DNA from: Ilumatobacteraceae bacterium
Lineage (GTDB): Bacteria; Actinomycetota; Acidimicrobiia; Acidimicrobiales; Ilumatobacteraceae
Length of the DNA stretch: 24,000 bases
NCBI GenBank assembly: GCA_031366885.1
Contig: JANLPB010000098.1
Location: forward strand, 1 to 24,000
Reading direction: 5' to 3'
Made by a program: the position numbers and the translations under genes. Under the pieces are notes generated by a model. That model worked only from the letters and a program-made list of their open reading frames with translations. It ran no database searches and had not been told where the DNA came from. This document shows, one piece after another, positions 7,879 through 16,100 of this stretch (positions within the stretch are counted from its first letter, which is position 1; every line of letters starts with the position of its first letter).

Positions 7879-9393
7879 TCACAGTTCGCCGCGGTCGAGC
7901 CTGGCGAGGATGTCGACGGCGTGACTTCGGACGGCCCGCAAGTTGCTCAGCGCGCGCATGGCCGCCAGCGCGCGGGCCATACGGTGATTCGAGGCAAGTG
8001 CGTCGGCGTTGCGGGCGAGAAAGTCCCAGTACAGAGTCGTATAGGGGCAGGCCTTTGGGCCGACCCGTAGCTTCGGGTCGAAGCGGCATCCGCGGCACGA
8101 ATCGCTCATCTTGTTGATGTAGGCGCCGCCGGAGGCGTACGGCTTGGTGGCCATCATGCCCCCATCGGCGAACAGGGCCATCCCCACGACATTCGGCAAC
8201 ATCACCCAGTCGGCACCGTCGACGAAGCTCGCTCGCATCCACTCCGTCATCGCCGCTGGGTCGACACCTGCCGTCAACGCAAGGTTGCCGAGCACCATCA
8301 ATCGCTCGATGTGATGCGCATACCCGTGATCGTCGACGTGCCCGATCACGCTGGCAACGCAGGCCATCTCCGTGGTCGCCTGGCCGGTGAACGCAGGCGG
8401 AACCGGGCGCGTGGCGCCGAGCGCGTTGCTCGCTCGGTACTCGGGCATCCACAGCCAATAGACACCCCACACGTACTCGCGCCATCCGATCACCTGCCGG
8501 ATGAAACCCTCGACCGAGCTCAGTGGAGCATCGTCGCGACGATAGGCCGCCTCGGCTGCGTCGACGATCTCGGTCGGGTGCAACAGGCCCAAGTTCATCG
8601 ACGAGGCCAGCACCGAGTGAGCGAGCTTCCACTCGGAGGTGAGCATCGCGTCCTCGTGCGGGCCGAAGGCCGCGAGGCCGCGGTCGATGAACTCGGTGAG
8701 TCGCGTCATCGCCTGCGCTCGTGTGACCGGCCACGTCCCGTCAGGGTCAGCGCCGAAGGTCGCCGCGGGAAGCCGGTCGACGACGGAGCGGTCGATGTCG
8801 TCGAGGTCGAACAGCTCGATCTGCGGCCAGGCGCGGCCATCTCTGGGCGGCGGTTCGCGATTGTCGTGGTCGAAGTTCCACCTGCCCCCGACGGGCTCTG
8901 GGCCGGCGATGCCTTCCTCGACGAGGACGCCCAGACGTTGGCGCTGCCAGCGGTAGAAGTCCTCCATCGTCAGCCGCTTGCGCCCGGATGCCCAACCCGC
9001 GAAATCGTCGTAGTGGCACAGGAACAGGTCGTTGCGGACCAGTTCGACTCCCAACCGTTCGAGCATCACGCGCCCGTCCCAGCTGCTCGGTTCCATGGCG
9101 ATGATCCGACGGACACCACATTCGTCCACGTGCTCGCGGAGGCCTTGCTCAAGTGTGCGGGCGTGTCGGTAGTCGACCTCGAAACCTTCGGTGCGCAGTT
9201 CCGCCGCAAAGTGGAGCATCGCTGACAGCACTATGTGCAACCGCTGACGATGCCATCGCCGCGAGTTGGTGAGCCGTTCGCTCTCGACCAGCAGTACGCG
9301 ACACTCACCCGGCATCATGCTGGCCAGGGCTCCGCGGGCGCGGTCCAGTTGGTCGCCAAGAACCCAAACGGTGGGGATCGAGGCAGCGGCCAC
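7879..9393 (-). CDS. cryptochrome/photolyase-family protein, Fe-S bacterial type (FeS-BCP / PhrB-CryB-like, COG3046)
   Basis: Taken from ORF 7879..9486.
- The N-terminus 'TVWVLGDQL' and 'MEDFYRWQRQR' are typical of photolyase-related COG3046 proteins.
- Four cysteines are spaced as in the [4Fe-4S] site: 'EMACV' and 'MSDSCRGCRFDPKLRVGPKACPYTTLYWDF'.
- The start is uncertain. GTG at 9393 gives a family-typical short N-terminus. GTG at 9486 would overlap the upstream SDR by 56 nt. Confidence 0.85.
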   Translation of the reverse strand: MAAASIPTVWVLGDQLDRARGALASMMPGECRVLLVESERLTNSRRWHRQRLHIVLSAMLHFAAELRTEGFEVDYRHARTLEQGLREHVDECGVRRIIAMEPSSWDGRVMLERLGVELVRNDLFLCHYDDFAGWASGRKRLTMEDFYRWQRQRLGVLVEEGIAGPEPVGGRWNFDHDNREPPPRDGRAWPQIELFDLDDIDRSVVDRLPAATFGADPDGTWPVTRAQAMTRLTEFIDRGLAAFGPHEDAMLTSEWKLAHSVLASSMNLGLLHPTEIVDAAEAAYRRDDAPLSSVEGFIRQVIGWREYVWGVYWLWMPEYRASNALGATRPVPPAFTGQATTEMACVASVIGHVDDHGYAHHIERLMVLGNLALTAGVDPAAMTEWMRASFVDGADWVMLPNVVGMALFADGGMMATKPYASGGAYINKMSDSCRGCRFDPKLRVGPKACPYTTLYWDFLARNADALASNHRMARALAAMRALSNLRAVRSHAVDILARLDRGEL

Positions 9394-9430
9394 TACGCCA
9401 GTGTGCCGTTCGCAGCGTGGTACGGCCGCA

Positions 9431-10138
9431 TCACGACGTGAACGCCATGCTTGGCAGGTCGGCGGTGCCGGCCTCCAGTGCGTCACAGATCACCGTTGCA
9501 ACGTGCTCGGGCGAGATGCCCGCTGGCATGCGCGGTGCGACACCAGCCACCGGGTGATCGGCCAGCCCGGTCTCGGTGTGTGGCGGGCGGGCATCGAGCA
9601 CCCGAACATTGCGCCGCCGGGCTTCGCGAGCGAGAGCCTGGTCGAACGATCGGACCGCTGCCTTCGAGGCACCGTATGCGGCCATGCCGGGGAGGTTCGT
9701 TTCGGCGATCACCCCCGAGATGTTGACGATCGCCCCGTTGGGTCGCAGCACCGGAAGCGAGGCGCGAGCGAGCATGATCGGCAGGAACGTGTTGGTCAGG
9801 AACAGCTCTTCCATCGTGTCGACCGACAGCTCGTCGACGGTTCCGAACGCCACCACACCAACCGCGTTGACCACGACGTCGAGGTGGCCGCAGTGATCGA
9901 CCGCCGCCGCCACCGCGGCGGCGCACGCCTCCGGGGAACGCAGATCGAGCGCGGCGCGCGCGCCGGCAAGTTCCAGCGCACGCAGCCGTTCAGCATCACG
10001 CGACACCAGTGTGAGAGCGGCGCCGCGGCGGGTCATCTCGGCGCCGATCGCGCGGCCCAGTCCGCCGGTCGCTCCCGCGAGAAGCACCGACGCGCCGGCA
10101 AGGGGGAATGAACTTGGTTTGTCCTGCGTTGGTGCCAT
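9431..10138 (-). CDS. SDR-family oxidoreductase
   Basis: 235 aa. Motifs 'VLLAGATGGLGRAIG' (TGxxxGxG), 'NAVG' and 'YGASKAAV' (YxxxK). It lies directly upstream of the photolyase-like gene on the same strand. Confidence 0.85.
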   Translation of the reverse strand: MAPTQDKPSSFPLAGASVLLAGATGGLGRAIGAEMTRRGAALTLVSRDAERLRALELAGARAALDLRSPEACAAAVAAAVDHCGHLDVVVNAVGVVAFGTVDELSVDTMEELFLTNTFLPIMLARASLPVLRPNGAIVNISGVIAETNLPGMAAYGASKAAVRSFDQALAREARRRNVRVLDARPPHTETGLADHPVAGVAPRMPAGISPEHVATVICDALEAGTADLPSMAFTS

Positions 10139-10163
10139 TAGTGCTAAAACTACCGGGTCTTCG

Positions 10164-11690
10164 ATGAACGTTTCACAACCAGCGCCGGTACTCGGCGTTC
10201 AGCCCGGAAGTCTTGTTCTGGTCACGGGTGGCAGCGGCTACGTGGGTGGCCGGTTGGTGACGGTGTTGCTCGAGCGCGGGTATCGCGTGCGGTGTCTGGT
10301 GCGCACGCCCGCGAAGGTGCGCTCGGCTCCGTGGCACAGCTCCGTCGAGATCGTGCAGGGTGATGTCGGTGGCGATCTCGGCGAAGCCCTGCAAGGGGTC
10401 GATGCCGCGTTCTATCTGGTGCACTCCATCGGCTCGTCCGCCGATTGGGCCGAGCACGACCGAGCAGTTGCGGAGAACTTTCGGCGCTCTGCAGAGTTGG
10501 CGGGTGTGCAGCGGATCATCTACCTCGGTGGGCTCGGTGACCACTCCTCGGGTCACCTCAGCGAACACCTCGCGAGCCGTCAAGAGGTGGGCGCCGAACT
10601 TGCCAAGGGTTCGGTGCCCGTGGTCGAGTTGCGTGCTGCGGTTGTCATCGGGTCAGGTTCGGCAAGCTTCGAGATGCTGCGCTACCTCGTCGAAGTACTT
10701 CCCGCCATGGTCACGCCGCGTTGGGTGGATACTCGTTGCCAACCGGTCGCTGTCCGCGACGTGTTGCACTTCCTCGTCGAGTCGCTGACCGCAGACGTCA
10801 CCCATCGCGTCCTCGATGTGGGCGGCCCCGAGGTGTTGACGTATCGCGAGATGATGGCTCAGTACGCGCAGGTCGCCGGTCTACGGCGCAGGCTTGTCGT
10901 GCCGGTGCCGTTCCTGACGCCAGGGTTGTCGTCGCGTTGGATCGGTCTCGTGACGCCGATCCCGCCGCTACTCGCACGCCCTCTCATTCAAAGCCTCGTG
11001 AACGACGTCGTTGTCACGGGCGACGCGGCCGCTGACGCGATGCCCATCGAGCAGCTCAGCTATCGCGAGGCGGTGGAGCTGGCATTGGGTAATGCGATCA
11101 GCGGCGACGTGGCGACCAGTTGGGCACACGCCGCGCTCGGCGGACGCCCGCCGGCTGAGCCGCAGCCCACCGACCCGGCGTGGTCCGGTGGCACGGTCAA
11201 CCTTGACCGGCGCGAGCGGCATGCCGCAGCGTCCCCCGCAGAGCTGTTCCAAGTGGTCTGCTCGATCGGCGGTCGACAGGGCTGGTATGCGGGCGACTGG
11301 CTATGGACGCTGCGCGGGCTTCTTGACTCATTGATTGGCGGTGTCGGTATGCGACGCGGACGACTCCACCCGCATCAGTTGTCGACCGGTGATCCGCTCG
11401 ACTTCTGGAGGGTCGAGGCGTTGGCTCCGAACAGCCTGCTACGGCTGCGCGCCGAGATGCGACTTCCCGGGGACGCGTGGTTGCAGTGGCAGATCGAGCC
11501 CGGCGCCAACGGTGCCACCATCACGCAGACCGCGCGATTCCATCCGCGCGGCCTACTCGGCCGCCTCTACTGGATCGCGGTCGCGCCCTTCCACCGGTTC
11601 ATCTTCCCCGGCCTGCTTGCCGGCATCTGCGCTGACGCAGAACGGCTGCACTCGTTCGTCAATGCGCAGCGTGGCGAAGGGATTCGGTGA
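10164..11690 (+). CDS. NmrA-like/atypical-SDR NAD(P)-binding domain fused to a DUF2867 domain
   Basis: Taken from ORF 10011..11690. I prefer the ATG at 10164 ('MNVSQPAPVLGVQPGSLVLVTGGSGYVGGRLV'); the upstream part of the ORF is antisense to the SDR. The C-terminal ~150 aa ('FWRVEALAPNSLLRLRAEMRLPGDAWLQWQIEP...ARFHPRGLLGRLYW') resemble DUF2867 as I remember it. Confidence 0.8.
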   Translation: MNVSQPAPVLGVQPGSLVLVTGGSGYVGGRLVTVLLERGYRVRCLVRTPAKVRSAPWHSSVEIVQGDVGGDLGEALQGVDAAFYLVHSIGSSADWAEHDRAVAENFRRSAELAGVQRIIYLGGLGDHSSGHLSEHLASRQEVGAELAKGSVPVVELRAAVVIGSGSASFEMLRYLVEVLPAMVTPRWVDTRCQPVAVRDVLHFLVESLTADVTHRVLDVGGPEVLTYREMMAQYAQVAGLRRRLVVPVPFLTPGLSSRWIGLVTPIPPLLARPLIQSLVNDVVVTGDAAADAMPIEQLSYREAVELALGNAISGDVATSWAHAALGGRPPAEPQPTDPAWSGGTVNLDRRERHAAASPAELFQVVCSIGGRQGWYAGDWLWTLRGLLDSLIGGVGMRRGRLHPHQLSTGDPLDFWRVEALAPNSLLRLRAEMRLPGDAWLQWQIEPGANGATITQTARFHPRGLLGRLYWIAVAPFHRFIFPGLLAGICADAERLHSFVNAQRGEGIR

Positions 11691-11833
11691 GGGTGTCACT
11701 GCACGCTGGGTGGGCCTGATGAATCCTGAAGAGTGGCTGCCACATGATCAGTCAATCAGACCCGACGAGTGTCGAGCTCGGCCATGCTCGCATCGCCGAC
11801 CCGATTTATGCTCACCTGACCCAGCCCGCGACC

Positions 11834-11839
11834 AGGAGA
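11834..11839 (+). promoter_or_regulatory. Shine-Dalgarno sequence (AGGAGA) of the heliorhodopsin gene
   Basis: AGGAGA lies 7 nt upstream of the ATG at 11847. Confidence 0.6.
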
Positions 11840-11846
11840 GCCACCA

Positions 11847-12656
11847 ATGACCGACACTGCGGCGCCGCAACCGAACTCAGTGAGCAGTGTCTCGACCCTG
11901 GCCTCGGGCGTCACGCCCGAGCGTCTCGCTGGCCTTCGGAAGTGGAACCTCGGCCTCAGCGTGGTGCATGCAGCGCAGGCAGTGCTCATCCTCGTGATGT
12001 CGAGTTCCTTCGCCATCACTGTCACGTCCACCTTTCCTCAAGGACCCCCCGGCACTCGTTTGACGACGCCTGAGGGACTGCTCGACGTCGCCATCGGCCC
12101 AGCAATTGCAGTCTTTCTGCTGCTGGCTGCATTCGACCATTTCGCCACCGCGACATTCGCTCGTATCACCTATGAGCACGACCTGCGGCGGGGCATCAAC
12201 CGGTTCCGGTGGGTGGAGTACTCGCTCAGCGCCACCCTGATGATTCTGCTGATCGGGTTCTACAGCGGCATCACCGACATCACCGGAATCATCGTCATCG
12301 CCGGGGCGAACGTCGCCATGATCCTGTTCGGCTGGTTGCAGGAGCGAATGAACCCGCCCGGGCGCACCACGACGACGATGATGCCGTTCTGGTTCGGCAC
12401 CGTCGCCGGTATTGCCCCCTGGGTGGCCATCTGGGTCAACGTGATCGGTGCTCCCAAGGTGCCGGGTTTCGTGTACGGCATCGTGATCGCCGAGCTGATC
12501 TTCTTCTTCAGCTTCGGCCTCAACCAGTGGCTGCAGTACCGGGGAGTTGGCCGCTGGCGCGACTACGCCTACGGCGAGAAGACGTACTTGGTGCTCAGTC
12601 TGGTGGCGAAGTCCGTGCTCGCCTGGCAGATCTACGGCGGGTCACTGGCCACCTGA
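11847..12656 (+). CDS. heliorhodopsin (retinal-binding 7-TM photoreceptor protein)
   Basis: 269 aa with seven hydrophobic segments. Family-specific motifs are collinear with heliorhodopsin 48C12 as I recall it:
- 'VVHAAQ' (His41)
- 'AAFDHF' (His98)
- 'FRWVEYSLS' (Glu124, counterion position)
- 'ILFGWLQE', 'PFWFG' and 'VPGFVYGI'
- 'LVLSLVAKSVLAWQIYGGSL' (Lys255, codon AAG at 12609-12611, Schiff-base lysine position). Confidence 0.9.
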   Translation: MTDTAAPQPNSVSSVSTLASGVTPERLAGLRKWNLGLSVVHAAQAVLILVMSSSFAITVTSTFPQGPPGTRLTTPEGLLDVAIGPAIAVFLLLAAFDHFATATFARITYEHDLRRGINRFRWVEYSLSATLMILLIGFYSGITDITGIIVIAGANVAMILFGWLQERMNPPGRTTTTMMPFWFGTVAGIAPWVAIWVNVIGAPKVPGFVYGIVIAELIFFFSFGLNQWLQYRGVGRWRDYAYGEKTYLVLSLVAKSVLAWQIYGGSLAT

Positions 12657-12700
12657 TCGCTGGCCGCTTGTTCCAAGCGAGCGGAGCAGCAGGTTGATCC

Positions 12701-12841
12701 TCAGACGGGATTGGTGTGGCTGGCTGCGTCTTCGGATCGATCGGCCCAGCGGCCGAAGCTCAGCATCGCGTACAGAAATCCGCCGGTGAACACGACGATG
12801 GTCACGAGCGCACCGGCGATGAAGACGCCTGTCTCGGTCAC
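12701..12841 (-). CDS. small single-TM membrane protein (46 aa), hypothetical
   Basis: Absent from the supplied ORF track because it is under 60 aa. Reverse-strand translation from GTG (12841) gives 'VTETGVFIAGALVTIVVFTGGFLYAMLSFGRWADRSEDAASHTNPV*', with the stop at 12701-12703. Its GTG overlaps the stop of the upstream small ORF (GTGA, 12838-12841), which suggests translational coupling. Confidence 0.35.
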   Translation of the reverse strand: MTETGVFIAGALVTIVVFTGGFLYAMLSFGRWADRSEDAASHTNPV

Positions 12842-13032
12842 TTCGACGGCCGCCGGTGAGCGAGCACGAACGAACCGAGAGCCAAAATCGACGGCACCCA
12901 GATGCCGACGAAGATGCCATTGAGGCGGCCGTTCACCTCGTCGCCTGCCTGGAAGTAGATGATGACGCTCAGCAGGAAGCTGGCAAAGGCGGCAGCGAGA
13001 AACGTGCCCTTGAGGATTCGTTCAGGGTTCAT
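12838..13032 (-). CDS. small two-TM membrane protein (64 aa), hypothetical
   Basis: Taken from ORF 12838..13071. I prefer the ATG at 13032, giving 'MNPERILKGTFLAAAFASFLLSVIIYFQAGDEVNGRLNGIFVGIWVPSILALGSFVLAHRRPSK'. There are two clear hydrophobic helices. I recognise no family. Confidence 0.5.
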   Translation of the reverse strand: MNPERILKGTFLAAAFASFLLSVIIYFQAGDEVNGRLNGIFVGIWVPSILALGSFVLAHRRPSK

Positions 13033-13109
13033 GCTGACGATGGTCCCATCGTTCGCACACAAAGACCTCACCCTGGTCGAGGTCTTCGTGAGCGATCGAA
13101 GCCGCCCGT

Positions 13110-13152
13110 GATTGCACCCGGGAGGACCTGATGGTCCACCCGGGATGCAATC
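13110..13152 (-). terminator. long stem-loop immediately downstream of the 1208-aa gene (putative intrinsic terminator without a U-tract)
   Basis: GATTGCA-CCCGGG-A-GGACC (13110-13128), loop TGAT, then GGTCC-A-CCCGGG-A-TGCAATC (13133-13152). That gives 18 bp of pairing with one A/A mismatch and one bulged A. It starts 5 nt beyond the stop at 13157. Confidence 0.4.
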
Positions 13153-13156
13153 CGCC

Positions 13157-16100
13157 CTACTTCTTGCCGGTGCCGCCCTTCATCACGAGCGTTGCCGCGT
13201 TGGTGTTGTTTGCCACTACCGGGTCTGGCGTCGACGTCGTGGCCGTGGCTGTGTTCAGGATTGTTCCAACGCTGCCGTTGGCCTGGGCCTCGATCACGAA
13301 TGTGACGGTTGCGCCGGCCGGCAGATTCAAGGCAGTGCATCGGACTTGATGGGTTGCTTTGGTGTAGGTGCACTGCGGCGACACGTACTGCACGACGATC
13401 TTCTTCGGGTCGAGGGGCAGCTTGTCGATGACGACGATGTCCCTGGCGTCGGACGGGCCACCGTTGCCGCAGTTTGGTGAGACGGTGGACTGAGCATCGG
13501 TTTCGCAGCCGGCATCATTGTGGACGATCAACGTGTAGACGATGACCGGGCTCGGATTACCGGAGCGCTGGCTGGCCGTCTTGTCGAGCCAGATGTCGCT
13601 GCTCGTGTCGACGTTGGTTGAGCTGGTCGCCGAGTTGTTGCTCGTGTCCGGGTCGGGTGTCGTCGAGCTCACGGTCACGGTGTTCTGCAGCACCGTGGTG
13701 TCGGGCAGCGACGCGGTGACCTTCACGGTGATGAACACCGTCACCGACGCAAACGGCTGCAAGGTTCCGAGGTTGCAGACCACGGTCGCCGCCTGGTTCA
13801 GCGTGCACACCGTGTTGCCGTTGCCGTCCTTTCCGCTGACAAACGTGGTGCCTGCGGTCAGCGGATCGCTGATCGCCACGTTCTGAGCGGTCGAGGGGCC
13901 GGCGTTGGTCACGGTGATCGTGTACGTCAGCTGGTTCCCGGCAATCACCGGTTCGGGTGCAGCGGTCTTCGTGACGCCCAGGTTGGCCGATGCAGACACG
14001 ACGGTGTTGACGCTCATGCGGTTGTTCGCATTCGACGGGTCGGCCGTGTCGCTCGTTACCTGAGCTTCGTTGAACAGTGACGTTCCCGACGCCACACTTG
14101 GGTCGACGAGCGCGACAACCGTGATCGTCGCACCAGCGCCCGACGCGAGATTGCCGAGCCCGCAGCGCAGGCCGCGGTTGCCGGGTTGACCGTTGATACA
14201 CGTCCCGGCGGTCGTGGTCGCCGACACGAAGGTGAGGCCGAGCGGCAAGGTGTCGGTCACGACCGTCCCAACCGCCGTTGACGGGCCTCCATTAGCCACC
14301 GTGATCGTGTACGTCATCTGCGTACCGGCCACCACCGTGGCGGGACCAGTCTTGGTGAGCGACAGGTCGGCCGAGCCGAGGAACGTGACGCGACCGGTCG
14401 CTTGGTTGTTGGCCGTGATCGGATCCGGCGTCAGGCTCGACACCGTCGCAACGTCGTTGATCTGGGCAACGTCGGCTGCGGTGACGTCGACGTGTACTGT
14501 CGTGCGGCCAGCAGCCGGCTCGGTGCCAAGATCGCAGGTGATCGACACCGTGGTCGCAGGCCCGGCTGCCAATGGTGCACACGTGCCGCCGGCGACCGTG
14601 ACGCCAGTGACGCTGAACGGTGACGCCGACGTCAGTACGTCGGTGAGTGTCACGCTGCGGGCGTCTGAGGGGCCGAGGTTGTCGACGTGGATGTCGCAGA
14701 ATCCAGTGGTGCCCGCGGCGGCCGGAAGGTCCGGCTTGCAGATCTTCGTCACCATCAAGTCGGCGCGATCCTGCACGATCGTGCCGAGCGTGAAGGTGTT
14801 GTTGTTGGTGTTGGTGTCGTTGTCGCCAGCGACCGTCACCGTGTTGTACATCGTGATCGCGGCCGCGCTGCCAAGGATGCTGGGGCTCACATGCACCTGG
14901 ATCGTGAATGTCGTCGACGCAGATGCGGCCAGGTTTCCGACGTTGCACGTCAGCGTGCCCACCGGACCCTGCACACATGGAATGGTCGACGTGACGAACG
15001 TGACTCCCGCCGGCAGCACGTCAGTGACGGTCGCGTTGAAGACGGTGCCGGGACCATTGTTGGTTGCGGTGATGTCGTAGTACAGCTCGCCACCGGCGAT
15101 GGCCGGGTCCGGCCGCGATGTCTTGCTGATGCGCAGATCGCCACCGTTGACGATCGGTGCCTCGAGTCGGTCGTAGTAGACGTCGAGATCGAGGCGTCCC
15201 GTCGGGGCTGGGTAGGCCGTCGTGTTGATCGAACGCCGGCCGTCACCCCACAGGTAATGGAAGCTGGCTGCATCGCCCGCGGCCGCGAGGTACTCGCCGA
15301 AGTAGCACTGCGCCGTTCCCGGGTTGTAATGCGGGAACAGTGGCGGGACGCCCGCCGTCACGTCGCTGACACGAATGTTCGCGCCGTAGGTCACGCCACC
15401 ATCGGTGGAGAATGCGGTGTACACGTCGGTATTGGTGTTGCCCGGGTTGTCGTTGCGTTTGTCGTACCAGGCGACGGCGACAACCCCCGTTGGTGACACT
15501 GTGATGAACGGATTGAACTCGTCGAGGTTGTTCGCCGGCACGCCCATCTGTTGCGCGTTGACCCAGCTTGCCCCACCGTTGATCGATCGGGCCACGAGCA
15601 CATCTGAGCGGTCCGCAGCGTTTGCCGGGTTCTCCATCCACGCCGCGTAGAGGTTGCCGTTGTTCGCTCCGCCCGATGTATCCACAGCCAGCCACGCGCC
15701 GTGGAGCATGCGGATATTGCCGTTGAGAATCGGTCGGCTGTTGTTGTTGCCGCAGTTGTTCGCGGCAGTCACGTCGCCGGCCTGAGCTGCTGCCGCGTCG
15801 ATGTCAACGATTCCGCCGAAGGTGAGGCCACCGTCGACGGAGCGGATGAACTCGATCTGCCCTGCAGCGCGGTTGGCGTACGCGATGTTGATGTCACCGG
15901 TTGGCCCGACCTGGATGCTGCACCCGAACGGGCTCGATCCGGTGGGCACGATGACCTGCTCGCCGATGAATGTCGCGCCATTGTCGTTCGACCGGCTGAA
16001 CCGCATCTCGCTGGTTCCGGTCGCGGTGTTGCCGGGCGTCGTCTGGAAGAACCGTGTCCAGCACACGTAGACGTCGCCGTCATTGGCGCCGCCGGTGTTG

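Noticed and set aside
12642-12923. Track ORFs 12642..12920(-) and 12711..12923(+), which overlap the small-membrane-protein locus.
   Set aside because: Their products are Arg/Ser-rich and not hydrophobic. The alternative frame gives two coherent TM mini-proteins with a GTGA overlap.
13184-15142. Possible DNA-level tandem repeat or CRISPR-like periodicity in the DUF11 region.
   Set aside because: The periodicity exists only at the protein-domain level (~128 aa). The nucleotide copies have diverged and there are no short exact repeats separated by spacers.
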